Assembly: GCA_964016885.1 (NCBI GenBank)
Contig: OZ024751.1
Span: 21,638,001-21,702,000 of the forward strand
DNA length: 64,000 nucleotides
Origin: Eledone cirrhosa
Taxonomy: Eukaryota
Direction: 5' to 3'
Part shown: one piece after another, positions 24,503 through 38,371 of the stretch
How positions within the stretch are numbered: position 1 is the stretch's first letter
Layout of the letters: each line of letters starts with the position of its first letter
Program-made: the position numbers and the translations under genes
Notes under the pieces: model-generated
Told to the model about the DNA's origin: nothing
Databases searched by the model: none
The model's input: only the letters and a program-made list of their open reading frames with translations

Positions 24503-24907
24503 TATTACATCAACTGGTTGTTGCTAAATTCTATTAATTTCCTGAAAAAAAAAAAAATGCTAATTCATCATTCAACAAGACAAGTACTTTTAAGGGGTTA
24601 GTCATGCAGGCATAAGGACAAACTTCTCGATTTTACTCTACTGGCAGTATCCACTCTCACAAACCTACTGGCTTCTATTTCCTCCTCTATCATCTTCAGT
24701 CATGTATTTCTACTGTCATATTCATGCCAGATATTTGCCAGAATCCCGACAGCCAGTCCTGCCATTTCAACTTGATCCCACAAGTTTATTTTACATAACA
24801 CATTGTTTTAAAGAGGGAATAAGTAATATATGCTTTCATCACCAAATTTTATCATCAAATACTACTCTGTTTTGTGGTCTTCTCGGTCTTTGCACAATAA
24901 GCACTCC

Positions 24908-25021
<114 letters not shown>

Positions 25022-26016
25022 CGTGTGTGCGTGTGTGTGTGTGCGTGTGTGTGAACTGCACTTTTAAACCGATGCCCGTCCTCTGTCCAGGTTTGAACTC
25101 AGCTGATTTCTTCCAGAGAGAGAAAGAGAGTGATTGAGAGGAAACGAGAAAGAGATATAGAGGAAGAATCGACCCCAGTAGTAGACAAGTACTTTCTTAT
25201 AGACCACGAAAGGATGAAAGGCAAAAGTTTACCTCGAGGAGAGCTGGAAAGAATACCACAAAGCCAATCCGCCGCCTAATATGTGTGTGTGTGTGTAATT
25301 ACACATTAGAGACAGTCAAATAAAATCTGAAAATAGCTACCCATGCTAATACTATATATTACTGGTATTTATGTTGTACCTGAAACGAAGAGAGATGAAA
25401 GTAAAATCTACGTAAACGAACCATAAACAATATAACATTAAAAAAAAAAGCAACAGAAAAATAATAATTCAACAACAACGCAAAAGAAGACATAGGCGAT
25501 CGTTGTGACATCTTTTTGTTATTGTTGCTGCTGTAGAATTAATGTTTGTTGTTCGTTTTAAATGTGTGTATATTTGTTTTGCGTAGATTTTGGTTCTGTC
25601 TCTCTTCGAATTAAATTTCAAAATAAATATATAGATAAATAAATACTGTTATTTAGCCCTAGGTCGCCGGAGGCCAAATGAAACGATACTAGTTACAGTT
25701 TGTCAAAGTGAAAGTGGCCCTTATACTAAATAATCGCCTCTCTGTGTGTATGCGAGAGTACACATGAAAGAGTGTGTGTGTGAATGAAAGAGGGGAGAGG
25801 AACCCTAACCCTAACGTGTATAATAAGCAATGAATCCGGTAAATCGGACGAACTATCTTCATTTTCTTCGTTGGAGATTTATTGTCAATGATATATCTAT
25901 TTATCTATCTATATGCGCAGAGACACATATATATGTGTGAGTGTATGTGTATTGTTATAATTGGGGATGGTCATGTTGCCAATATTGCTGATAAAAATAC
26001 ACATGACCAGCCCCAA

Positions 26017-26166
26017 ATATAATAATACTTGGCTCAACACACGATTTCACATCAAGAATCTTGCCAAACAAATACATACATACATATATATTATATATAT
26101 GTATGTATGTATTTGTTTGGCAAGATTCTTGATGTGAAATCGTGTGTTGAGCCAAGTATTATTATA
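26017..26166. repeat. ~150-bp near-perfect palindrome centred on (TA)n
   Basis: The same peptide MAQHTISHQESCQTNTYIHIY is read on both strands in the ORF track. Confidence 0.92.
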
Positions 26167-26189
26167 TTATATATATATATTTGTGTGTA

Positions 26190-26222
<33 letters not shown>

Positions 26223-27673
26223 TTGAATAGTTATATTGCTCAAGCAATGTTTCTGATTTCGCTTGATATTATTTTAAAATATTGATTTCTAACTTTGGAA
26301 CAAGGCCTGAAATATGAGACAGAAGCGGGTATAGGTGTTATAATTCAATAAAGAATACAAAATATTAGAATAAATTAAAGAAAACACTCACGTTGATGAA
26401 TTCGCCTTCATTGCATTTTATGTTTATATATAAAACAAATTCGAAATGTTACAAAGCCGAACATAAATTATTAAGCCACAGTTTCGGAGATGATTATAAA
26501 AATCTGTATATATATACGTAAAGGTGTGTGGGTATGTATATATATATATATATTCCTGATGATTTCATATAAATTAAACAGTTCTAGTCCTGTAGAAGTC
26601 GCTTCTATATTAAATAATTGTTTCTATTTTTGGCACAAGGCCAGCAATTATCTCAGGGTATTACTGGTACTTTATTTTATCGACCACCATAAGGATGAAA
26701 GGCAAAGTTAACCTCTCATCCTTATGGGATCGATAACATAAAGTACCAGTAATACCCTGGAAAATTGCTGGCCTTGTGCCAAAAGTAGAAACAATTATTT
26801 AAATAATTGTTTCTACTATAGGCACAAAGCCAGCAATTACTCAGTGCATTACTGGTACTTTATTTTATCGACCCCGTAAGGATGAAAGGCAAAGTCAACC
26901 TCGGCGGGATTTGAACTCAGATCGTAAAGGGACGTAACTATGCTGGAAAGCATGGCGTCCGACCCTCTACCGATACTGCCAATCCACAAATAATGATGTT
27001 TACACTCTACTAATGTATTGTGGTTAACTCCGATTTAACTCAGAATTTACATAAACTCTGATGTAAAACTTGCAACTCGATGGCAGCCAATGATGTTGAC
27101 CTGTACTTTTTGGGTACCTGTTACCGTTGTTCAGACAGTGAGATTGGTCCAGTGCAAGGCCTTTCTTCACTTAAAAAAGCTTCAAGCACAGGCATCACTT
27201 GATCTAAACGATTTTCACATGCGTTGCGTAAGCACAGCCTTTTGCTGCAGCACATGCAGAAAGTAATCAAAGTCCTTGTACTTGTAAGGGCTAAAAAGTC
27301 ATGTTTGTGCCACCCATGTATGAGAAAAAGGTCAAGGGATGGCAATTCTCGAAACTGAGATGCAGATATTATATGAGTTCAGGCCCTTGCCATTCTGAGT
27401 TCAAATCCCGCCGAGGTTAACTTTGCTTTTCATCCTTACGGGGGTCGATAAAATAAAGTACCAGTAATGCACTGGGTAATTGCTGCCTTGTGCCAAACGT
27501 AGAAACAATTATATATATGTATATACTGCCACCACTTGATCTCTGGGTGACACGGAAAAAAAATGCCTTTGCTCATGAAACATGTGAGGTTTCAGTCTTT
27601 AAACTGAGGTCATGCTAAGACACCACCTTGAAGGGTTTTAGTCAATCATATCAGCCTTGGTGCTTATTTTTAA

Positions 27674-27881
27674 CCCTTTGGCATTTACATTACTCTATAT
27701 TTACTATTATATTTTTGTAGTAAAATCTTTACCTCATATAATATCAAATCTATGAATTCTTGATATTATTTATTTTGAGAACAATACCTTAACATCGGTA
27801 TGAGTGGCCAGTTATGGCCAGTTTTAACAGAAAAAGGTGAGAAAATTCTGGTCGGATATGGCCAGTTTAAATGCTAAAGGG
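27674..27881. mobile_element. piggyBac-type MITE
   Basis: TTAA|CCCTTTGGCATTTA ... TAAATGCTAAAGGG|TTAA: TIRs plus TTAA TSD. Confidence 0.85.
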
Positions 27882-29186
27882 TTAAGTCTGGGTTGTATTT
27901 TATCAACCTGTGTTTGTCAAGCAACACACAGACAGAAAAAAATGAGAATTCTTGGATTGAAGACGCAAAAATGGAAGAAATCACAAAAAAGTGTTGTCAT
28001 TCATTAATATTTCTCAACACTTATTTGTGCTTAGTTATGTTGTCGTTGTTATTGTTATTATTGTTGTTGGTGTTGATATTATTTTTATTGTTATTGTTCT
28101 TGATGTTATTGTTGTTACACTGTTATTATTGTTGTTGTTACTATTGTTGATGTTATTGTTGTTATTATTGTTGCTGTTGATATTATTCTTGTTGTTATTG
28201 TTCTTTATGTTATTGTTGTTACACTGTTATTATTGTTGTTGTTACTAGTGTTGATGTTATTGTTGTTATTATTGTTGATGTTATTATTGTTGTAGTTATT
28301 GATATTAATGTTGTTGTTGTTGTTGTTTAACAGGAGATCAATCTTGACTTATAATAAAAGCCATCCAACCATAAACACCCAGTTAGTTTTAGGGATATCT
28401 AGGAATGTGTTATGTTATATATCCTTCATGCTATTTTTAAGGCAATAGGGTGACATGTGAGGATAATTTGGCTGCTACTTTTAACAGGCTGAGGGATCAC
28501 ATAGAAGCTTGCTTGTTTCAGTCGTTTTGTCTTGTATTATATGATTTTCAACAAGTTAATTATTTCTTTGCAGCCTGGTAGCAAGTGATACACGGACCGG
28601 TGCCAGTCTGTGGCCCAATGGTAGGGGACCTCTGCTATAACCAATAAATAGATGATGGTCCACTGCTCTTTGACTCTAACTGCAGCTCTACAACTTTGTA
28701 CATATTACTAATCTAGGTAGATGCTACTACTATGTAGTATGTACTAAATGACATATGCCAAAATTCTTAACCGTAAAGGGTTGATAAAATACACCTTGCC
28801 CACACTATAAAGTGGTAGTAGTGTTGGTGCCACAATGATGATGATGATAGAGGAGAAGGAGTAGGAGGAGGAAAGAAAAAGAAGATGGCATTACCATAGA
28901 AATTTGAAGCAGTATAAATAAATGAAATGACAATCATATTTTAAATATTAAAATTTTTTTATATTTTTATTTTATATTTTTATTTTATATTTTAAAAAAT
29001 CGTATAAATTCTAAATAAAAAAAACGCACATAAACATACAGAAACAAACAAAGAAAAAATGCAATGCACACACAAACATGTATATGTATGTGTTGTATAT
29101 TCGTGTGCACACCCAAATATTTACAACAGTTAACGAAAACATTTTGATAAAAATATATATACACCAAAATCCATTTTTTTTATTTT

Positions 29187-29336
29187 TTAAACAGACATCA
29201 AGCCCATTTCTTGGAAGGATTCAAACACCTCGTATAAACTGCTGTCAGCCTCCGACTGTCTGTATTCTGTATGAAGATGATTAAGTGAGTTCGTTGAAAC
29301 TGATGGAATTTCGGCTGCACTTGAGACACCCGCATC
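29187..29336 (-). CDS. DIS3L: DIS3L exon 23 (last coding)
   Basis: ...[27 protein letters not shown]. Confidence 0.87.
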   Translation of the reverse strand, partial: DAGVSSAAEIPSVSTNSLNHLHTEYRQSEADSSLYEVFESFQEMGLMSV

Positions 29337-30766
29337 CTGTAAAACACAAAAAAGTTATTTTTTTAAATTAATAGTTTTTAAAATTCATCATCATCTTCAT
29401 TTAATGTCCATCTTCCACGTTAGCATGTGTTAGACGGGAGTTGTCCCACTTGAGGCAAGGTTGGTCGGGTGACCGTGTCGGGTGACCGTGTCTCGCTCAT
29501 ATAGGGCTACCTGGCAGGTTTTCTACGGCTGGACGCCCTTCCTAACACCAACCAGATTTACAGTGTGGAACTGGGAACTTTTTACCGTGTTACCTACACG
29601 GCCACATTACAGCGTGGACTGTGTGTTTTTTTTGTCGTGACACCAACACGATCTCATTATCTCATTTATTTGGACTGGATGTTGTGGTACCAACTTTACA
29701 GAAAGAGGGTGGTTTTAGTAGGAGTGGGAGGATAGGGTAGGGGTAATGGCTTGGGGTGTATATTTGGTTAAGAGGTACTTACTGACTGTAGGTTTCACTT
29801 TGTACATAGGCAAGGCGGGTCTTCTGTATTACTGTGTAGCGCCAAAGATTTCGGTCCAGTGACATTGTCTTAGAGAGGTGCAAGTGTGTAAGGTCACCTC
29901 TCTAAGACGTCACTGGACCAAAATCAGTAGGCACCTCTTAAACAAATACAATTAAATCATCGATATCATCATCATCATCAATTTTTCCATGCTTGCATGG
30001 GTTAGACGGGTTGTCATATTATGAAATATGCCAGGTCAGGTGAATCACGGATCTGTAATTTGGTTTGGTTTTTAAAGCTGGTTGCCCTTCATAATCCAAC
30101 CATATCACAGTGTGGATTATTTATCATGGCACCAAAACGACCATCTAACAAGGTGGACTGGGAGCTTTTTATCATGGCACCAAAACGACCATCTAACCAG
30201 GTGGACTGGGAGCTTTTTATCATGGCACCAAAACGACCATCTAACCAGGTGGACTGGGAGCTTTTTATCATGGCACTAAAATGACCATCTAACCAGGTGG
30301 ACTGGGAGCTTTTTATCATGGTACCAAAACGACCATCTAACCAGGTGGACTGGGAGCTTTTTATCATGACACCAAAACGACCATCTAACCAGGTGGACTG
30401 GGAGCTTTTTATCATGGCACCAAAACGACCATCTAACCAGATGGACTGGGAGCTTTTTATCATGGCACCAAAATGACCATCTAACCAGTATATATGTATA
30501 TTTAAATACTTACCTTTTTACAGGTCTTGTCTGATGTATTTTTGAGATCAACATGATTGTGGTTTGGAAAATGTAATGGTTTATCAGAGACCAGTTCCAG
30601 TTTGACATTAGGTTGGTGAGCAACTACAGGATCCAATGAAACAATCACCTACAACAGAACAACAGAAATACTGACATTTTTCAGTGGTTCATACATAAAT
30701 AACATTTTCAGAGGAGGGAGAAAGAGAAAGGGTAAGATGTCTTCATTTTAACAGTTAGTAGTAGTG

Positions 30767-30809
<43 letters not shown>

Positions 30810-32564
30810 CAGTAATAGTAGTAGTAATAGTAGCAGCAGCAGCAGCAGCAGTAGTAGCAACAATGGTGATGATGATGATGACAACAATGATGACAATGAT
30901 GATGATATTGATATTGATGATGATGATGATGATGATAATGACAATGATGATGATATTAATGATGATGTCGAAATAATATTAAATGCGATAACTTACCGTT
31001 ATGTGCTGCAACAGGGTGAACTTCATTTTCTTCCCACTCCGACTTATAACTGTGACATGAGTTTCCCCGCGAGTTATTGTCCCGTTAACCCATTCAATCT
31101 TTTGATTGGCAGCCGAAAATTGTATAACTTTTTCTTGCTTGTCTTTCAAATAAACAGGACCTTTCACACCAAACCTAGTGATAAAATATATTAAACATGT
31201 TGATTATTTATTTATTTGGAGGCAGAGAGGACTCTTTAGTGTTGTCGGGTACATTTTACATGAAAACCTCTCCATATCCAGTGTTAGGGCCTCCAAGAGA
31301 AATTGTGCAAGGTGGTACAAGACCCCTCTGGGGCTGGAAGTAGGAAAAGATTTTTTTTCAAAATGGATGTTGCATGGTTGCTGTGGGACCTTCCTAGTTC
31401 TTGGGCCCTGCAACAAAGTACCAGCTGGACACCCACTCTCATAGGCTCTGGCTGGTACCATGATAAAGTGCACCCAGCACACTCTGTAAAGTGCTTGGCA
31501 ATCAAACGAAGATGATGATAATGATGATTATGACAGCCAGACAGATGGATAAATATATAGAGACAGATAGGTAAAGAGAGAGCTAGTGAGAAATCATCAT
31601 CATCATCATCATCATTTTACGTCCACTTTTCCCTGCTTGCAAGGGTGGGATGGGAACTGATTCTGGCTTGATTTCTACAGCTGGATGCCCTTCCTAACAC
31701 CAACCTCATTTACAGTGAGTGCTGGGTGCTTTTTACCGTGGCACCTCCACGACCACTTTGCAGTGGAATGATAGGGACCCCAGTCCCTATTATCTCATTT
31801 CTACAGCTGAGTAAACTGGAGCAATGTGAAATAAAGTGTCTTGCTCAAGGAAACAACACATCACCCGGTCTGAGAATTGAACTCACAACTTTTCGATTGC
31901 AAGGCCAATGCTCTAACCACTAAGCCATGTGCCTCCATGTGAGAAATAGATAGATATGTAAATATGCCAACACAAGAGCAAAATGACGGGCTTATTCTGT
32001 TCAGATGGCTTAAGAGGCTGATTGCACGTTTACAAATATATCAGTGGAGGGTCGGACGCATAGTTACGTCCCTTTACGATCTGAGTTCAAATCCCGCCTT
32101 TCATCCTTACGGGGTCGATAAAATAAAGTACCAGTAATGCATTGTGTAATTGCTGACCTTGTGCCTAAAGTAGAAACAATTATTATTAATATTCGAAAAA
32201 CTAAGATTTACCTTATTCGTATTCAGCCATGCAGAGCGATAAAACTGGTCATTTTAGATTTGTTTCTTGGAAAATAATTTAGGGATGGTAGAAGGATCCT
32301 TATGAATTCTTTAATCTCCCACTGCCTCCACACACACACATCATCTAATAATATATCCATTATCCATTATCTTGAGACAAATTATTTGCTAAACATACCT
32401 GGGTACAAAGACAAGGACTCCATTAGGTCGTAGCTGGATCACAACGGCTTCAGCAATAACATCATCCCTATTTTCTTCAGGAGACTTATCCTTGAAATAT
32501 AAGGCTTGGAACATTTTCTGGGAATCACGCTGTGCATACTGGGCTGCCTAGAAAATATAAGATA

Positions 32565-32639
<75 letters not shown>

Positions 32640-35305
32640 TTGTATGTATATATATATATATGTAGGAGGTGAGTTTTATTGTAGTACAATAAAGCAATGC
32701 AGATATCGGATAAGAAGCACTCTACAGTTTGTAGGACTGGAGTATATATAATATATAAGAACAAAAGATGGTTAAAATGCGCATAATAAAATACATGGAA
32801 CTCTTTTAACCATCTTTTGTTCTTATATATTATATATATATATATATATATGTGTGTATATATATATGTGTGTGTGTAGACTTTAATTTTGATTTTAAAT
32901 TGTTTTTATTATGTCTTTGTGAATGGGGTGGGAGACAATAGAACCATGACTGGTAGAGAAGAAAGGAAGAAAGGCAGGAAAGTAGTGGTGGTGATGTTAT
33001 GATGAAAGTGGTGGTGGTGATGATAATGATGGTAGTAGTGATGATGAGGATGCTATGATGGTGATAGTGATGATAATGATGTTAGTAGTGGTTTGTGCTG
33101 CTTATGATGATAATAATGACAATGTTGATGGTTGATATTCATACTAGTGGTGGAGTTGGTGATGACAATGGTGGTCATAGTGGCGAGGATGGTTATGGTG
33201 CTGACGCTGGTAGTGGTAGTGGTGCTGGTAAAGAAGGAAGTACCTTACCCTGTGCTTCAAATTAATGTGATCACAGTACTTCTGTAGTTCTTCATTGTTG
33301 GGTAGCTTGTAACCTTCAGGACCTTCCCCGATGGCTGAGAGGAGTTGGTGATGGACCTCAAATAAGCAAAACAAATGAACAAAATGTTAAAGCAACAAAC
33401 TAAATAATTTACAATAATCAATGGAAAGCAGGGTTCACCCCCACAATACTTCTAGACATCACTCACTTATCACTGTCCCCCCAGCCTAGCCAAAGAAGCA
33501 AGTCTGTTAGTAGTGAAATATGGTAGCACTGATACGAAAATAAAATGTGCTGAGCACTCAGTCCACACTGGAATCTGGAGGTGCTGATGTCATCATGATA
33601 AAATACACCCAGCCCACACTGTAAAATGGTAAGGCTAGTGCCACAAAAAAAAAAAAACACCCAGTCCATCATGTCAGGTGGTAGTATTGGTATCATGAGA
33701 AAACACACCTGGTACACGTCTTGAATTGGCTGACATTAGGAAGGGCTTACAGCCCTAGAAACCATGCCAAAATGGAACATATGAGCAAGACACAGATGTA
33801 TGACCTGTCTGTCTAGCCTCAGAAAATGACAACCCATCTAACCCATGCAACCTGGAAAATAGATGTAAAACAGAGATGGTAGTGATAATGATGATGATAT
33901 ATAAGAGATACAATATTTGTGAAACTAATCACAGCTACATGATCACAACTTCAAGAAAGATTATGTGAAAACTTGTGTAATTTGAACCCATAACTAAGAC
34001 ACAGCATGGAACCAGAAGCTCTCTAATATATGAGGTCCCTCTCAAGATCCTCTTTGTTGAAACATAAATGCAGTTATTGTAGAATGTATAGAATCATATT
34101 TACAAGAAAAAAAAGAAATAATGATCTTACAATGATATCGGCATATCTACGAATAGGTGATGTAAAATGAGTGTAGATATCCAGAGCTAAGCCATAATGG
34201 AAAAAATTATTTCGATTTAATGAACCAGTTGAGGAATACTGTGACTGAGGCATTGCTAGAACTGTCATCATTCGTAAGAGCTGAAAATAAATAAATAAGA
34301 AACAATTAAAAATAAATAAAACATGACCTAACCATTTTACCTCTCTGTAATCCAGAAAGGTTTCTGCCATTTTAGGTTATGGGTTATGCCCCCCCCCCCC
34401 TTCCTCATCAGACATATCAGTTCACTCAGTCAGGTCTAAAGTCTGTCTCAAACGCGGAAGCTCATCAGGCCAATGCTTACCCCAGTTTCTGTGGCATGAA
34501 GCAACTGAGAATACAAGACTTCTCTTGGACAGGACCCCATCCATCCATCTCAGGGTTAAACCCCCAGATACTTCTGGTATTCGTTTTCAGCTGAGTATAC
34601 TAGAGCAACATGGAAAGAAGTGCTCTACTCAAGAACACAACATTTAACCCAGTCCAGGAATCGAACCCACAATATTATGGTTGTAAGTCCAACACCCTTA
34701 CCACAAGGCCACATGCCTCCACACTCAGTCAGGTGGTAGTGTAATAATATTGATTTCAAGGTCAAACATTCGAAGTAGAAGAAATAGAAATAATAGATTG
34801 AATTAGTCTAATCAAGCAAATCTATGTAGAAACAGAGACTACATTGTCCAATGTATCTTTCCATTTTTAATATGCACATAAAACATTTCAATTTATATAT
34901 GCACATAAAACATGTGCATATATATATATATATTGGTTGGGATGTCTGAGAGTAAGGGGAGAGTTTGGGCTAATCATGTACTCCATATACACTATATACA
35001 ACATACATTATATACACCATCACTATATACACCATATATTATATACACCATCACTATATACACCATATGACACCATCACTATATACACCATATGACTCCA
35101 GTTCCCCAGTGAATTAACAACCCAACAAGGAACTGGGCATATCAGAGTATTGACAATATCATACACCTAAACAACATATGTACTTGTCTATACCATACTA
35201 ATTCAAACTGCCTGAAGAGGTCACAGCCAAAGATGGCTGTCACTGAAATATATATAGCAGTAATAAACGAAGCTAAATTTTAATCATTTTACTTTTATTT
35301 AACTT

Positions 35306-35342
<37 letters not shown>

Positions 35343-38340
35343 TGTTTTATGTAAAAGAAGAAAAATTACTTCACCTTGTTGAAGTAGATATCATTAGGAT
35401 CTGTACATCTATCAAGAGAGTCAGCCAAAGATTTGTTGGAACTGGTGTCCATGGTGAAACCTTTTACCTTAGCAAAATTGATGATGTCTTGAAAGAATTC
35501 CTGACGTGGTAAAGGATGATACCGAAGCTGGAGAAAATACAAACAGAAAAATACGGTTATCATAATTGCATGTATATTTTTGCATGATACTGTAAGTGAA
35601 TCTTTAAATAAGTAATAAAATATATTTAATGAACAGCCACGAAATTTAGTAGATAAATTATGTAATATTCATTCATTATTTATTCAAAGTAATCCAACTT
35701 ATTTTACTAAGGGGATAAAAAATTATAAACCGTACACAGTCCCACGCTCCTTACTTTATTATAGTTTAGATGGTTACAAAAGGGTTAAGCTACAATATTT
35801 AAGATCATACTTACCAATGCATGGTTAATAAAAGTTGAAGATATTTTCCAAGCTACCCATTCATTGGCTAAAATCATGCACTCAGCTACCGTATCATGGA
35901 CTTCTAGATGCTGCAAGATATTATGAAATAAAGAGAAAAAGGAAAACAAAAATAAAAGAAATACACAAGGAAATAATAATAATGATTTCAAGGCCAGCAA
36001 TTTGGGAGAGGGGAAAAGTCGATTAAATCAACCCCAGTACATTACTGGTACTTTATTTTATCGACCTCGTAAGGATATGAAAGGCAAAGCTAACCACACC
36101 GGGATTTGAACTCAGAATGTAAAGAACTGTTACTATATGCCACAAAGCATATTGTCCGACGCTCCACCGATACTGCCAATCCACCGTCACAAGGAAGGAA
36201 ATAATAATAATGATGATAGCGATGGTGGTGGTGATGATGGTGGTGGTGATGGTGGTGGTGGTGATGATAGTGATGATGATGTTGATAATTCTTTCTATCA
36301 CTGGCACAAGGTCTGAAAGTTGGGACAAGGGAAAAGTCGATTATATCAACCCCAGTATTTAACTGGTACTTTATTTTATCAACCCCGGAAGGGGGAAAGA
36401 CAAAGTTGACCGTAACAAGATTTGAACTCAGACTGTAGAAAGTTGTAACTAAATACTGCAAAGCATTTTGTCTGATGCTCTACCAATACTACCAATAATT
36501 GTTTCTACTTTAGGCACAAGGCCAGCAATTACCCAGTATATTACTGGTACTTTATTTTATCGACCCCCGTAAGGATGAAAGGCAAAGTTAACCTCGGCGG
36601 GATTTGAACTCAGACCGTAAAGGGACTTAACTATGCTGGAAAGCATGGTGTCCGACTCTCTACCGATACCTGCCAATCCACCGCCCAATACTACCAATAA
36701 TACCACAGTAACAATAATAACAAAATCATTGAAAAAAATGCTTGCTTTAGGATCTATCTTTTTTCTTTCTTTACCTTGTCGATGACTAACTCAGAAATAT
36801 TTTTCCTCTCATCAATAATAGGTCGAATCTCCAGGCCATTTAAATCTAAGGCTCCTTTCTCTTTCCTCAGAGATTTCAATTTGAACGATATCTCCATAAG
36901 TAATCGGACGGCAGTACGAAGTTCTTCAATCCTGCAACATTAATAGAAGGAGAAGCTATGAGTGAAGTTTGCTGTTAGAAAGACACAAAGACAAAATAAC
37001 ACAAAGGTGTAACTAGGGAATGGCAAACATAGTAAGTGGCATAAGTGCCACTTGGACAAGGAGCACTTTCTATCAAAGTCAGATAAGCTGTGGTTGCAGT
37101 GTGAAAAAAGAAAGTTCTTGGGCAGGGGCGTAATTTCACTGCTTGCCATAGGCACTATTTTCCCTAGTTTTGCCTGCATAAACCTGATGTCATCAGTAAT
37201 TGACAAGGTCAATGAGGATGGAGACTCCAAGCAGTTGCTCACAAAGCATTGGTCAGTCCAAGACTATAATAGAAGACACTTGCCCAAGATACCAAGATAG
37301 CATTGAATAAGATTGAACCCAAAACTATGTGGTTGCAAAGTGAGCTTCTTAACCACATAGCCAGATGGATGGACAGACAAATATGTATGTAAACAGACAG
37401 GTAGGTAGGTAGTCAGACAGCTGGATGGACAGGTAGATAAATAGACAGACAGATAGGTAGGCAGACAGATAAACAGACAGATAGGTAGGTAGACAGAGAG
37501 ATAGGTAGACAGGCAGACAATTAGATGGAGAGGAGGATAAAAACATGTAAATAGATAGGTAGGTAAACATACAGGTAGAGATATAGCTAAAACAATAATA
37601 CCTTTGATGTTTTTCTTTGCCTACAGATTCCAGTTCTGGAATCTGTGCAGAAACCTCTTCTAAAGAAGCCCCATCAGCTAATGACTGAGCTGTCTGTCAA
37701 ACAAGAAATACTGTTCAATACACAATACTATATACATGGATTGATTAAACATTTAAACATGTAAACATCTTAACACTTCTAAACACATTCAGTTCTTTTT
37801 TGTGTCAATGTGTGTATTGTTGTTGGCATTTTCTTTTTGGGGAAGGGGTACTTTCTTTCAAATTCCTTACACACACACACACACACACACACATCCACCC
37901 AAGCAGAATTGAGTACAACAAAAAAATAAACAATAATAATCTTGGTTTCTGATTAGGCACAAAGCCAACAAATTTTTGGAGGAGGGGAAAATCGATTAAA
38001 TCAACCCCAGTGCATTACTGGTACTTTATTTTATTGACCCCATAAGGAGGAAAGGCAAAGTTAACCTCGGTGGAACTTGAACATAATTCTATGCCACACA
38101 GCATGTTGTTCGACGCTCTCCATTGATCTCTCAATAATAATAATAATAATAATTGTTTCTACTTTTGGCACAAGGCCAGCAATTACCCAGTGCATTACTG
38201 GTACTTTATTTTATCAACCACGTAAGGATGAAAGGCAAAGTTAACCTCGGCAGGATTTGAACTCAGATCAGAAAGGGGCGTAACTCTGTGCTACAAAGCA
38301 TGTTGTCCGACCCTCTACCGATACTGACAAACCACCACCC

Positions 38341-38371
<31 letters not shown>

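Noticed and set aside
25801-25815. Telomeric (AACCCT)2.5 near the AGGF1 5' end
   Set aside because: Too short to distinguish from chance or to call a regulatory telo-box
30021-30463. Repeat-protein-like ORFs, or a CRISPR-like array
   Set aside because: Head-to-tail 48-bp units with no unique spacers; intronic minisatellite in a eukaryote
32212-32398. Extension of DIS3L exon 20 to a downstream donor at 32211
   Set aside because: In-frame TAG right after the 32398 donor; homology continues correctly in exon 21
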